NCBI GenBank assembly: GCA_040954595.2
Contig: CM082589.2
Location: 5,267,186 to 5,331,185, forward strand
DNA: 64,000 bases
Source of the DNA: Balanoglossus misakiensis
Lineage: Eukaryota > Animalia > Hemichordata
Direction of reading: 5' to 3'
In this document: in pieces, positions 13,071 through 26,142 of the stretch
How the letters are laid out: every line of letters starts with the position of its first letter
Numbering within the stretch: position 1 is the stretch's first letter
The notes under the pieces: model-generated
Seen by the model: only the letters and a program-made list of their open reading frames with translations
Told to the model about the DNA's origin: nothing
Databases searched by the model: none
Program-made: the position numbers and the translations under genes

Positions 13071-13423
13071 GAATCCATTATAATGCAGACTTGGTGGCGA
13101 TATGAACAGAATTTAATTTTTATCAGAGGGCTCCAATAGGGTTGCCTTCCAGTTATCATACTCGAATTCTCTTTACCATATTATTGAATATTATTCTGAA
13201 AACGTGTATATTCATCATTATTCGATGAATATACAATTTAGTTGTAAGTTTACACAAATGAAAATCTGTCATAAATTTTAACTTAGAAATTGTAAGATTT
13301 CAGATTAAAATACAATCATTATTATGAACATGAGGATTTGGTTGCATCTGCTCAACTAGTATACTTATCCCACTTATCGGGTACACGTCACTGCAACCAC
13401 TGCCATTGATAGCATTTAACTGT

Positions 13424-14683
13424 TCATGGTTCCGATGTATTCTTCATCTGTATGTACACGTTCTTCTGTTCTTCATAAATCTTCTTCGCGTCTTCATACA
13501 GTTTGAAGTCCCAGAAATTTCTTTTTCGTAATTCATCCAACTCAAAGTCGGTCACGCTGTACTTGTGAGGATTAGCATTGATGTGAGTCTCGTCCCGTGC
13601 AGGTATGCCAAACACGTGGCTTAGCATGTCCTGTGAAGTCTTGAAGTCCTCCATGAGACCGACGAACGCCATCTTGTTGAGCAGATTCCTCCTGGCTACA
13701 AGGTAGTGCTCTTCCTCTATTTTCGGAATCCTTTTGGCGTCCGTCAGTTCCACTCCTCCGCAGCAGTCTTCAAAGGTCCAGTCCACTTCTGGGAAGTCGC
13801 CAAACTGCAAAAGCCTGACGTAGAAATTGTCCATGTCTTGAAAGTGAATACCGGTGGTTTTCTGTAGATAATCAGTCAGGTTCGCCGACTTGGCCAGGTA
13901 GTGGACACACACTTCGTGCACACCGAAGCAGCGCTTCCGCTTCGCGTAGTGATACGTAGATATCAGCCTGTCAAGCGGTTCTCTCAGCCACGTCACGTAG
14001 GCAAACGGGCGCCCTGGGTACGCGTAGCTGTGCAGACCGAACGTCCGCTTTGAATAAAACAGAGTTTGCTTCTGGTTGTTTCTGAAGGCTAAGCCCTGTC
14101 GATATAAATCATTGCAGTGGGCAACGCGAATTTTCCTGGCAACCCCGTCGTTGATTAGTCCCGGTGTCTTCAACAGAACGTCTTCAACAGAAGTTCCCCC
14201 GGCTTTCGGCAGGTGAACAAAAGCAATGTTTGCCTGTCTGTAGACGTCGTCAGTTATACCACTGCTGTTGCCCGACTTGAGGTAAAAGTTGGGCAATGGC
14301 TCCCTGCCAATGTCATCGCTGTCCACACAATTTCTTATGTACTCAAACATGAGCGAACATTTTCCATATTCCGTATGGGGAATTTGCTTAAGAATATAAT
14401 CACAGGTATGGGGCGTTTCCATAACATAGGCGCCATCTTTTTGCACGTCGTCGGCATGGTCTTTCTCACCTTGCACGCCCTCTATCGGCACAGACGTTGC
14501 CTCCAAACCCGCAGATGAATGTTTTCTTGAACTGGACGATAGTGTAGATCTTCCTTTCTCGCTCCCCGCCATTTTCAGGTCATCTCCCTGGTCTTTTACA
14601 TGCACGAATTTGCATAATAATATCGTTATCGTGCACACCAAGGAGCATGCTATCAAAGCGAGAAAACCACGTTTAATCCGCAT
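13424..14683 (-). CDS. Golgi type II sulfotransferase, HS6ST-like/Sulfotransfer_2 family (ST1), 419 aa, intronless CDS
   Basis: First ATG at 14683 (MRIKRGFLALIACSLVCTITILLC, signal anchor). 5'-PSB FVHLPKAGGTS, FGLH, 3'-PB WLREPLDRLIS, C-terminal ARRNLLNKMAFVGL and NFWDFKLY. 5'-UTR intron: acceptor ~14785, candidate donor ~15376. Confidence 0.92.
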   Translation of the reverse strand: MRIKRGFLALIACSLVCTITILLCKFVHVKDQGDDLKMAGSEKGRSTLSSSSRKHSSAGLEATSVPIEGVQGEKDHADDVQKDGAYVMETPHTCDYILKQIPHTEYGKCSLMFEYIRNCVDSDDIGREPLPNFYLKSGNSSGITDDVYRQANIAFVHLPKAGGTSVEDVLLKTPGLINDGVARKIRVAHCNDLYRQGLAFRNNQKQTLFYSKRTFGLHSYAYPGRPFAYVTWLREPLDRLISTYHYAKRKRCFGVHEVCVHYLAKSANLTDYLQKTTGIHFQDMDNFYVRLLQFGDFPEVDWTFEDCCGGVELTDAKRIPKIEEEHYLVARRNLLNKMAFVGLMEDFKTSQDMLSHVFGIPARDETHINANPHKYSVTDFELDELRKRNFWDFKLYEDAKKIYEEQKNVYIQMKNTSEP

Positions 14684-17600
14684 GTTAATTTGTCCACTGG
14701 CTTCTTTCAAGTTCTTGTTCTCGCAAGTCTGCGGATTTGTCTCTTGAAATTTGACCCTGCAAGTCACAACTTTTCATATACGCTCTGCAAAAGATAAGAA
14801 AAATATTGCAAAGCATTAGGGATGACGGGGTTGTCAATCAGTAAGCATATCCCATTTGCTAGGTAGGGGAATAATTTTCGTGTATCACCATATTCATGTC
14901 CGTAACGTGGCATACTGTATATGCCGCAGGTAACACACCAGCTACACGTGTAGTTGAGTTGCTAGTCAACCAGAGTATGGACACATTAATCTTTTACGGT
15001 TCAAGGGTCAGTCATTAAACTTCTATTCTGCGCTTCGTTCAAATTGCAAAAAAATGTGAAAATTTAATTAATGTTTAGTGTATGACTTCATCGATTTAGA
15101 TAAACCCGACTGTGTGTAATTTTCGTCAAGAAAAATCAATTTGTGCTAATTTGTTTTATTGAGTTTGACCTTTTGTTGAAGCGCCTGTAACACTGACTTC
15201 CACACCAAACGCATACGTAGCCCGTACACACAGGTAAAGGGACGGAGTCGTTTGTCATCCGACAATCATAGCCGAGTTATTTTTTTGTTCGAAATATGAC
15301 GAATGGAACTTTAAAATAGGTGACAACCGTTTATCTCAACAGCAGCTGCAAACTTTATGGTAGAAAGTTTACTTACCTCGAAAATCGGGTGAATATTCGA
15401 CTTCTGTCATCCAAGCTTTGGTGTATGGGCGGTGAAAAGCCAGTACATCCCAGAGATCTTTTCTGCAATGCCGTTACAACTGTCTGGTGGTCAAACGTCA
15501 CACATCGAAAACCCCATGCGCGCAATAACTCCGGAAGCTCGCCTCTTTTCGATAATTCGGCGACTGCATGTAGCTCAGTGTAGGGCCGGCGTCTGTGACC
15601 GTCTTGCGCCCGTGCACCAGTTCAGGGTTACTCGAACTGAGAAAATAATCACATCGGTACACTCACAGACAGTTGTACACGTAAGCTGACGTGTCAGACT
15701 ATATCTTGGTCACTCCACTGTTGCTATCAACAGTTTATTTATTTAGCTACGTCATCACAAAGTCCTAAAGATAAGATAAACAAAATTTAAAATTTATGAT
15801 CATTGGTCCACGGTGAGTACAAACAACTCCCATACAATCTGGCAGCATACCTCATAGGGACATACCATAGACACCTGTTGAGTATCGTATCGATTCCTTG
15901 TCGAGCCAGCTTCGTCTGCGCATGTGTGGAGTGACCGTACAGGTGACAAACCGAGTCACGTGACGTGGCTCGTGGCTTTGCCCCGCGTCATGTTCCGCCG
16001 CTAGTGGCGCACAGCCTTTGCACAAGCGGAACGAACGAGGCCTCCACGGCGAAACTATCAACCTCCCTCCTTTCCTCGGCTTTGGTACCATGGTAGGCCT
16101 TCTTATCAGCTCGCCGGGTTAGAAACTGCACAACGAGAAAAACATGATGAGAAAAATGCAAGCGTTATATATAATCCTATTTCAACGCATGATTAATTTT
16201 GCTCACGACAATTTTGCCATCTCATGTCGCGTTTACAGCGAGATAATACACATTACACAAATAGTCAACTGAGTGATTGATGTTAGCATGGTTCTTTTTT
16301 ATATACAAACTTCTTAGTAATTATGCTTGCATTAACTACTTTTAGTTTGAAACCAAAACATGAAAAAAATTAAAATAAAGTTTTAAATTGTGAACGCAAT
16401 AGTGCAATATTTTTTCTCCTTTTTGTCAATCTTTTCCTATTTTATTCCCTTAATTTTGGACTTTATAATGATATACTGAAAGAAATACCCTTTTTGATAG
16501 TTTTTTGTCTCCTAGCAGCAGGCGATAAACCTGGTATCCTGGCTATCACATTGACATGCTGTGCCCTACTTTTCAGTTGTTCAGTCTCATTAATGATTAA
16601 CAAATTCAACACGTACACCTATAACAGGGGTTAGTTCCTTATGCATTACAAACCACATACATTACAGGAGGATACCTCCATTCTCTATAAAAATGCTTCA
16701 TGCACGAACGCTTTATATTTGGCGGCAGGAAAACAGGAAAACACTGTCATGAAAAATTGGATGATCTACCACATCGTTAAAAAAAATCTTGGAGATCATG
16801 ATATTACATGTACTTATAATGATTCTGTCCACCCCTCCCAAATACCTTCTAATGGTCGATCCCGAACCCTTCAGTACCATAGGGGCCAGTCACGGCCATC
16901 CGCAATCATGTTGTAACGATAAATTTACTACTATTGTAATATTGTTCCCTCTCGAGTGGGCAGAAAATGTGGACCTCCATGACGACCAGTATGGAATCTC
17001 TCAAACTAATATACATTTCGTGTGTTTGGAAATTTCACTGGACGGTTTTCTGTGAACAGTCGTTCTGAATAACCTCTTTGTCCTGGCCTGCTTACAGTTG
17101 CCCATCGGTGTTGCAAAAGGTGAATATATTTTTCACAGAATTTTGTTTTAAATTTTACATTAAAAAATCTATTGCCACTAACATACATATAATTCCTGTT
17201 TGACCCCGAATAGTTCTGCCAGCTATCGTATGTGGTTAATATGTAAATATTTTGCTCTTTGTCACCGCAAGTTTGCTTCGTATACTCGAAGATGCAGTGA
17301 GTGTTTTACTCACCACGTTAATACAGACAGCATGTTCGAGAAGGAATGGACCTGAATATCAACCTAAAACTGGCTTCTCGCCGTCAATTTCCCATGCACT
17401 GCATCTACCATATATTTACCCACAGTCCTTCTATTACAGGATGGACTGTGGTTCACCTGCATTTAAGTTCGACATTTGACACGAACTCATTCGGAGGGGA
17501 GTCCGGCTAAATCAATCAAACCCACAAATATAATCTTGATAGCAATTAATTGCTCGCTTTTACGACGACGGGCGTATTTTCGCACAGTCCTTTAATTTCA

Positions 17601-18029
17601 GGAGGGATGAGTATTTTCGGTCTTGACTCTAGAAGGGGGCGGGGAGCAATGTACCGGCGGCGATAAAGTCTGTGCTACCTGTATGTCCGCAATGCAAACA
17701 TCGTGCAATGAGATATGTTTGCTGAACGCGTTGACGTTAATATCGCCAGGTCAAGGACTATAGTTCGCCGGGATCCAATACTGTCATGTCAGCATAGCAC
17801 AGCCAAAAGAGTTACGACCCATAGTTTAATTGTTTGGCGTCTACTACAGGATCAGGTGATACCTGCACAGAAAGTATGCACTGCCATCTTTTGGCGGTGT
17901 ACAGCTCAATGTTCAGTTTAATTATATAAAAATCTTTGTTGTATTTTTCGTTTTCAGGTGTTGCAAAATCAGGCACATCCACCAGCGTTTGTGTTTCAGC
18001 CAGACCAGGTGGATTATAACCGACCTAAA

Positions 18030-19169
18030 ATGAACAAGTTGATACTTGTGTCACTGTTCTTCTGCTCAGCGGCCATTTTGGTTATTATAAGCCACTGGAT
18101 TTCGACAAATCATCTGGATAATCCGAGACCTTTACAAGTTCATTCACAGGCTTATACACAAGTTTTCGAGTCGACGTCACAGCACGCCCTCGAACGTTGC
18201 GAATTTCTCTCTAAACACACCCCCAAGGCGAAGACCCGCGAAAACTGCACCATTCTCATAGAACGCATGAGATGTAAAAACGCCACAAACATTGGGAGGA
18301 CACCTTTGCCAAACTTCTTTTCCGAGCGTAACAACAGCGGGGAGACAGCCGACGGTGCTTACCGGAAGGCGAACGTGGCTTACGTACACATGCCCAAAGC
18401 TGGCGGAACGTCGGTTGAAGCGGTGTTATCAGAAATGCCGGGTCTGAAAAACGGTAAAAAGGTCAGAAAATTTCCTGTCTGGCACTGTGCTGAGTTGCAC
18501 AAGGAAGCTGTGGCTTTCAGAAATTATAAGCAACAAACGTTATTCTTTTCAAAACGAACATTTGGTCTGCATGACTTCGCTTACCCAGGACGACCATTCG
18601 CCTACTTGACATGGGTTCGAGAGCCAATCGCGAGGATGGTTTCCACTTACTATTACCTGAATAAAACAAAGTGCGCCGTCTTTCATAAGGTCTGCGCTGA
18701 GTACCTTTTGAAATCGAAAAATCTGACGGATTACTTACACAAAACGCGCGACATCCACTTTCCTGATATGGACAATTACTACGTACGGCTCTTACAATTT
18801 GGTGACTTCCCGGATGTTGACGTAACATTCGAAGATGGCGCCGGTGGAGTGGAGCTGAAAGATGCACGTAAAATCCCGAAGATAGAAGAAAAGCACTATT
18901 TGGTTGCCAAGAACAACCTTTGGTCCAAAATGGCGTTCGTCGGCCTGACAGAAGATTTCAAGACCTCTCAGGATATGCTAAGTTATGTTTTTGGAATTCC
19001 TGCTCAAAAAAGCGAGGTTCACATCAACGCCAATGCGCATGACAAAGACCTCACTGACTTCGAACTTGAAGAGCTCACTCGAAGAAATGTTTGGGACATT
19101 AAATTGTACGAAGAAGCTAAAAAGATATACGATCACCAGAAGAAAATTTATCTTGAAAGAAAACATTGA
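18030..19169 (+). CDS. Golgi type II sulfotransferase, HS6ST-like (ST2), 379 aa, intronless CDS
   Basis: ATG 18030 (MNKLILVSLFFCSAAILVII anchor). YVHMPKAGGTS, KRTFGLH, WVREPIARMVS. 5'-UTR intron ~17120-17957 (AAG|GTGAAT...TTTTCAG). Confidence 0.92.
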   Translation: MNKLILVSLFFCSAAILVIISHWISTNHLDNPRPLQVHSQAYTQVFESTSQHALERCEFLSKHTPKAKTRENCTILIERMRCKNATNIGRTPLPNFFSERNNSGETADGAYRKANVAYVHMPKAGGTSVEAVLSEMPGLKNGKKVRKFPVWHCAELHKEAVAFRNYKQQTLFFSKRTFGLHDFAYPGRPFAYLTWVREPIARMVSTYYYLNKTKCAVFHKVCAEYLLKSKNLTDYLHKTRDIHFPDMDNYYVRLLQFGDFPDVDVTFEDGAGGVELKDARKIPKIEEKHYLVAKNNLWSKMAFVGLTEDFKTSQDMLSYVFGIPAQKSEVHINANAHDKDLTDFELEELTRRNVWDIKLYEEAKKIYDHQKKIYLERKH

Positions 19170-19199
19170 CAGAAAGTTAGTAAATTCGGACGGACATGT

Positions 19200-20061
19200 G
19201 CCTTGTAGAATGTAGGAATTGCGATAAGTAGATTCGTCTGACCAGTAAAACGCATCCAACTTCGCCATAATCAGCATGGGACAATAATGTATGTGTGTGC
19301 ATGGTGTTACGAACCAAGAACTCGCAACACAAACACCCAGACAGCAACAACAATGATACACTGAACACCCAAAGTTTTACGTTTCACTGCAAATCTATTT
19401 GTCACAGGAAGAAATATAATATCATAGTACAAGCACTGAAACATAAATGTTACTAGGGTTCTTACTCAAATATTGTAATGTCCTCAAGAAACTTGTATCA
19501 GTTCCGCGGTAATATTACACACGTGGTGCAGTGAGCGGACGCGATAATTCAGTGTCCCGTGAGTTCTCTGCACCGACCCGACGATGGTTCACGCTGGCGT
19601 GCTGCTTTCTCACAAAGTTCTTTCCTGAAGTCCTCTCAGAAGAAATTAACAGGTTCACTTCACTTACAGTTGCTGGCGTAGACATGCATTTTAAGTCCGA
19701 GAGCAACGCTGAATTCAAACCAACACTGAGGACATACCCGACGTGCCTGGGCGAGCTGAACTTCAACACCGAGCTCACACGTGGATTACAGGATACCAGT
19801 CCCCGTCGCTCATGGCCGAGTGCAACTTGTCGGTTTTCTGTTCGGCTCACGCCAATTGACTGCCGTTGCCGAGAGTCAAAAATCAAAAACCCTTACGTAA
19901 TGTTCAACATACCCAGGTGTACGGCTACTACAGCTAATGCTATGTTGATGACGTACACCCTTATTGACCATCCACCACTGATATTTAAATTCTATGCATT
20001 CGTAGTACAATCGTAACAATGGGCAGGCGACTGGAAAATACGCCTAAATCTGCCATTCACA
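19200..20061 (-). pseudogene. Decayed SLC16/monocarboxylate-transporter-like fragment (TM4-TM8 region)
   Basis: Minus-strand translation across stops and frameshifts: MADLGVFSSRLPIVTIVLR (TM4-like), LGMLNIT*GFLI (TM6 LNxxxxGAL-like), a ~120-aa Ser-rich loop, YLSKNPS..VSVLVL, KTLG, VSLLLLSG..FLVR. The order matches MCT topology. Resemblance judged by eye. Confidence 0.5.
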
Positions 20062-21296
20062 CCCTGAGTTTACAATATCATGTGACAAAAAGTTATAAGT
20101 CACGTGTCCATTAAAAATGTGTTGGTATTTCCAGGCATTTAATGCAAATGAGTCAGCCAGTTGGACTACGTTGTTCTGTTTGTAAACATCGAACGCCAAG
20201 ATCGCTAGAACTATTTAAAGTTATGATCGCAGAAACGTGGGGATTTCTCAACATCCCGGCATGTTATTGTATTATCCTTCATAACTATTGTCAGAATAAC
20301 AAAACATGCATGATGAACAATACCACGTAAAGCATGCGTCCATATACATGTATGACTCCCAGCAAGCAGTGAGCTTGGTATTCTGGGTACGTCACTGGCG
20401 TGACGTCAGTGCGGTAAAATACCTCAACATTTCTGTAGTCTCAAAGCGAAATTCGTCCCCACTAATACACACCGGTTTGGTGGAACACGTCACAGCATGT
20501 CCAGCATAGAGCTCTACTGGACGCTCGGTCGCTTGTTTCTCCTCTTATCAAATATATTTTCAATCGTCACGACCCAGAATTTCATTTTCACCTGCACATT
20601 TGCACAAAAATCCCACACACAGATATTTGGAGATAACCACAAAGTCGTACATCGTGTAGACAATGATTAACACGCTTATCGGCCATTATCAACATTTCAG
20701 CCTGGCAGAAGCTAGCATCTGTGTGTTCATGAGGTCATTTTGTGTGGGGTCTATATAATCAAGAGCAAACCATAGGCATTGTGGGGTACCTCCACTCTCT
20801 AGGAACAAATCCTGCGGACACTCAAGCTTTGTCTGTGGAGGGGCAATATTTTAATTAAAATTAGAAGAAAAAAACTACCCTCTCGTTATTTAATGATTCA
20901 AACCACCCCTCCCCATAATGGTCGATCCCGAACCCGTTACTACCGAAGAGATCATCCGCACATCATTTGGTGACGGTAATATTAATGCCTTGTGGTATAC
21001 TCGGCCCTCTGAACAGGTGTGTCATTCAAAAATATCAGTATGAAGTTTCTCAGGTTAATGTAGATCTGTGTCCTTTTGAAGTTTGGATCCTTTGGAAATA
21101 TCACTGGACGGTTTTCTGTGCACAGTCGTTCTGAATAACTTCTTTATCCAGACCCGCTTACAGTTGCCCAGCGGTGTAGCAAAAGGTGAATATATTTTCC
21201 ATAATGTAAATTTTACATTTTTTTCAAATCTTGTCTATTGTCGTGCCACGCTGTCACTACACCGTCAGTTGGCACTAATAAACATATCCCTCCTGT

Positions 21297-21619
21297 AAAT
21301 CTTGGAGGGTTACCAGGTTCAGACAGGGAAAATTTTGAGACACTATTTGCCTATGGTAAACACAGAGCATTAATCCTTCGAGTCGCTTGCGTCCACGCAC
21401 TCAAAGTTTATGTATAGGCGCTGAGGCTCGGCCCCATAGACAATGGGTTGTGGAGAGGTGTTAATCCTTACACCAGCTCAGGTCTGGCCAGCAAAGCCGT
21501 CTCAATTCTGAGCCGTTTCAGGACCAGTTACACCGTCCACACACGATTTTTTAAGACGGTTTCTAATCTGTGAGACGCTTCAGAACTGTCTTAATGGTGT
21601 CTGTGTGTGACTCCCCATA
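21297..21619. mobile_element. ~320-bp insertion (putative MITE/non-autonomous element) in the ST3 5'-UTR intron
   Basis: The paralogous ST2 intron reads TCCTGTTTGACCCC contiguously (~17194). In the ST3 copy TCCTGT and TGTTTGACCCC are separated by this block. Confidence 0.55.
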
Positions 21620-22667
21620 TGTTTGACCCCAGAAAGCTCTGCCAGCTGTCATTGTTAGTTAATACGTATGTATTTTACCGTGAAATTGCATTAACCTCGT
21701 TTTTGGGCCCAATTTCTAGAACGTCCATATCTCGCAGACAAGATCTGTGTCCTGTTTGATACGGAAATCCAGGCAGCGTTTTCGAGAAGGAATAGACACG
21801 ACTATCAACCTAGATTGGCAACTCACCGTCAATTTGCTATGCAGCCTATACTGTATCAAATGTTTACCTGCACGGATTTGACCTTTGAAACAGAACAATC
21901 CGGAGATAGAGTTCGCCTAAAACAATTAAATCCACAACTAAAAACTCAGTAGCTTTTATGACGACGGATTTATTTTCACACAGTCCTATAATTCGATGAC
22001 AACCACACATTTGGAATATTTACTAATGCATTACAAGGGGCCGACGGTACCGGCGACGATATAAAGTCTGCGCCACATGTATGCTCGCAAAGCAAACATC
22101 GTGCTGAATGCGTTGATGTCATCATGGGTCAAGAACCAAAAGTTCCATTGTTGTCCTGTCAGTACAGCCAGAAGAGTTATGACACATAGTTGGTGTGAAC
22201 TACAAGCTCAGGTGATAATGCATGTGCATTCTCAATCTATTGGTGGCGTCCTGCTCAAATAACGTGCCGAGTTTGTACTTTTGTCGCACTCATCATGCGC
22301 GTGCGGTAGTTTTCTATGGTAGAAACATTTGGTGGGTTCGGTCAAAAACCCGTTGACACAGTGTTTTATAATACAGTTTTAGAGATAGCGTTTTGCTGGC
22401 ATCACAGAAAAACAGTGTTGCTAGTTTGGCGGCTGCCGCTACTAAATTGAATTTCGTCTGGTGAGATCTCGCGTGTCTAGGCAGTTAACAAGGATGGACA
22501 TTCTCGACAGGAAAAAGTGTGTTATTCTGATTTTTCTGAGCTTCGGATGTTATGTTTTATTTATTCAAAATGTTTTCTCGTTTTCAGGTGTTGCCAACTC
22601 CAGGATACTATACGGTGTCAATGTTTCAGCCTAGTCTCCTTAAACGTGAGTTTCAACCCACCTAAAA

Positions 22668-23813
22668 ATGAAAAAGGCTGTACTTTTCTCGCTGGTTGTC
22701 TGCTCGGTAGCCATTTTGGCGATTATAAGCCACAGGAATTCGACGAATCAATGGTCTCGGAATAGCCCGCGTCCCTCGCACGCTTCTTCACAGCCTGAGG
22801 CGGATGTAGAAACACGTCACGTTTCGTCAAATCACGAACGGTGTGGGTTTCTCCGCAAATACAACCCCAAGCCGAAGTCACGCGAAAACTGCACCATTCT
22901 CGTAGAGCGTATGAGATGTGAAAACGCCACAAACATTGGGAGGACACCTTTGCCGAATTTCTTTTCCGAGCGACGCAACAGCGGGGACACAGCCGACGGT
23001 GCTTACCGGAAGGCGAACGTGGCTTACGTACACATGCCCAAAGCGGGCGGAACGTCGGTTGAAGCGGTGTTATCAAAAATGCCAGGTCTGAAAAACGGTA
23101 AAAAGGTCAGAAAATTTCCTGTCTGGCACTGTGCTGAGTTGCACAAGGAAGCCATGGCTTTCAGAAATTATAAGCAACAAACGTTATTCTTTTCAAAACG
23201 AACATTTGGTCTGCATGACTTCGCCTACCCAGGACGACCATTCGCCTACTTGACATGGGTTCGAGAGCCGATCGCTAGGGTAGTGTCCACGTACTATTAT
23301 CAGAAGAAAATGAAGTGCGCCGGGATCCACAAAGTGTGCGCTGAGTACGTTTTGAAATCGAAAAATCTGACGGATTACTTACACAAAACGCGCGACATTC
23401 ACTATCCAGTGATGGACAATTTCTACGTGCGGCTCTTGCAATTTGGTGACTTCCCGGAAGTGGACGTAACATTCGAAGATGGCGCAGGGGCCGCAGAGCT
23501 GAAAGATGCAAAAAACATACCGCCGATAGAAGAAAAGCACTACATGGTCGCCAAGAACAATCTTTGGTCCAAAATGGCGTTCGTCGGCCTGACAGAAGAT
23601 TTCAAGACCTCTCAGGATATGCTCAGTTATGTATTTGGAATTCCTGCTCAAGAAAGCGAGGTTCACATCAACGCCAATGCGCATGACAATGACCTCACTG
23701 ACTTCGAACTTGAAGAGCTCACGCGAAGAAATGTTTGGGACATTAAATTGTACGAAGAAGCTAAAAAGATTTACGATCACCAGAAGAAAATTTATCTTGA
23801 AAGAAAACATTGA
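22668..23813 (+). CDS. Golgi type II sulfotransferase, HS6ST-like (ST3), 381 aa, intronless CDS; recent duplicate of ST2
   Basis: MKKAVLFSLVVCSVAILAII anchor; same PAPS-binding motifs; long stretches identical to ST2. 5'-UTR intron ~21186-22587. Confidence 0.93.
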   Translation: MKKAVLFSLVVCSVAILAIISHRNSTNQWSRNSPRPSHASSQPEADVETRHVSSNHERCGFLRKYNPKPKSRENCTILVERMRCENATNIGRTPLPNFFSERRNSGDTADGAYRKANVAYVHMPKAGGTSVEAVLSKMPGLKNGKKVRKFPVWHCAELHKEAMAFRNYKQQTLFFSKRTFGLHDFAYPGRPFAYLTWVREPIARVVSTYYYQKKMKCAGIHKVCAEYVLKSKNLTDYLHKTRDIHYPVMDNFYVRLLQFGDFPEVDVTFEDGAGAAELKDAKNIPPIEEKHYMVAKNNLWSKMAFVGLTEDFKTSQDMLSYVFGIPAQESEVHINANAHDNDLTDFELEELTRRNVWDIKLYEEAKKIYDHQKKIYLERKH

Positions 23814-26142
23814 CTGAAAAGTTAGGGAAGTCTCACTTTACGGACAAGTGCTTCGTTCTCTGCAGCCGGCGATTTGAATATCTGGGGCAGCTGTGATTCT
23901 GGAAGGGATTTACATTGCAACCGGAAACTTTAACCTCGAATTTATTCTAATATATATTGTACAACAGTGAGTTTTTCTTGTCCTCGAGGAAGCGATCATG
24001 GCAAAATCGCTCTCCCCACACATAGTGCACGACATCATAATATAACCATTGCTTATAATGCGTACCAATTGTTCTGAGGAATGATGGTCAGCTGGTAAAT
24101 CTCTTTTAGATACAGCCGGTAGAGGGCGTAGAGCGAGTTACTCGCAAACTGTTTAGTTTATGGTTACATATACGCGTCACCAATTCCTATCATGAGTACA
24201 GCCTGCAAAAATTGAATTCTTGTAGATCTCTGTGCCTTGTCACATATTCGGACTACCTGGGCTCAAGTGTCTTTGATCTTGAAGAGATTATACGGAGAGG
24301 CATTTTTAAGGCATAAAGTTGTACCATAGACATACTTTCTACAGAAAGTACTTATCTTAACAAACAGGAACTTGCATGTTGAAATTTAATTTTAATAAGT
24401 GCATGTGTTGGTTACTGAATAAACATTCAACATTAACTACTTGGAAAAGATCCTGGTCTTATGATCACATTGTGGGTCTTCATTTGTTTAAATGGTGATA
24501 TTATTTTCGGCGACACCAGTACCAGTCTCGAACATGCATAAACTCAAACACACATCATGGTGATCGAAAGCATGGCGCTGGAGTGGTTGATAGACAATCT
24601 AAATTAGTGGACTTGTATTTCATCAAGAAAACACAGTCCAACAACAGGTCCAACATGGAAACCTCCACTATACACGTACTACCCTCCCCGTACATTCAAC
24701 GTGTGCGCGCGCATGCACGCAGGCACTGACTTTTGGCTTGCGCTGCGGAAGACGTGTATTTGGCTGTTGTGCACATGTTAACTTTTTGTGTGGAGAGGAA
24801 AGAAGGGATATTTAGAGAAATTCTATTAACGTACTTAATATCACGTGATGTGTACAGGACAATGAAGTGAAACGGCTAGAGTATATGACTCGTGTCTACT
24901 ACAATAAGCTGTCGCTCAGTGACACTAGTCTCCTGCATTGTCGTGTTTGAGTCCGCATCCATTTCGCATGTTTTTAAGGCCACGCACTAAACTGTCCGAT
25001 GAGGTAGGTGTTAATTCTCTTCTCCCGCGGGTTGTGTATTATTACTCACTATGATTGAATTTAACATTTTTTTTCAAAATAATGGCTCGTGCTAATTTGT
25101 GTCATGAAAAGCAGACTTCATTTCGTGGTCTGGCGATGTTCTAAAATTAGAATTATTTCCACTAAAAATAGAAGGTGTACATACAAACGTAAATCATCCC
25201 GACCGCACATTTCCAACTGATAATGGTAGTTGGAGGAGAAAAAATGAGAAAGAACATCCACTGGTGTTTGCACATACACATAACGTGTTTTGACAAGGTG
25301 AAAAACATCTTGTTAAGTACATTGTAATACGCGTGTGCGAGGGTATCGCCACATGCATAGAAACTATAGTATTGAGATATAACAGTTGGTATGTCCACGA
25401 TTTGACAGAGTTAAAAATCATGTTTTTCAAGACAATGCGATATTGTCACAACAACAAACTCTGCACTGTGGGTTAACTATAAGTAAGAGCTAAAAACATA
25501 TCGGCCAATCTCAAGTTCACATCGTATCCTCGAAGTTCATTGTTATAAACACTGCCTCACCGATATGGAATATATATATTACCACACAGATCATTATAAT
25601 AACTGCTATTTAAAACATACACTTTTTGACTCGCGCCAGCCGTTGAATTGCACTGAGAAATAACCGCAAAACGTCTATTCAAACACGTAAACATATATTC
25701 CCAGCTGTGTCATGTAGAATGATCCGTGAATTTGGGCATTTTATCTCGCAGGGGATTAAATCAATCAAGCTTTCCGCTGCCAACATCTACCTTTGCTACA
25801 CAGCGCCACCTTCAATTTAACCTGTTTAAATAAATACATGTAGCCTCGTTCCTGTAGCTCAATATCACAAGCGACTGCGTCTGCCTACAGGTGAGCAGGA
25901 TTCTGTTTCCTTGTTTTACCGCCACAGTACTTTCGAAATAAGTTATGCTCTACCGTTTGCAAAACATTCATTTCGTCATGTTTATTTTTTACTTCAGATT
26001 TCCACATCTTTCAGATTTCTAACGTCTTTTTATTTTGTTTGATTGTTAGGTTAACTAGGCCCTTTCTCTGCACGTTTATCCTTTCTTCGATTCCATTCGA
26101 GCTAAATTTGCAAGAGGAAGAAAAGCGGAGCGCTCGGTTGCC

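Larger units (their letters stand above)
16830..23850 (+). repeat. Tandem segmental duplication of the ST2/ST3 gene unit (about 16830-19205 vs 20890-23850)
   Basis: Shared non-coding blocks: AATGGTCGATCCCGAACCC, TCACTGGACGGTTTTCTGTG, AAAAGGTGAATATATTTT, TGTTTGACCCC, GTACCGGCG-CGATAAAGTCTG, ACAGCCA-AAGAGTTA-GAC, TCGTTTTCAGGTGTTGC. The CDSs are also highly similar. Confidence 0.85.

Noticed and set aside
19531-20016. 161-aa plus-strand ORF as a novel gene
   Set aside because: GTG start and no motif; better explained as the antisense shadow of the decayed MCT-like fragment on the minus strand.
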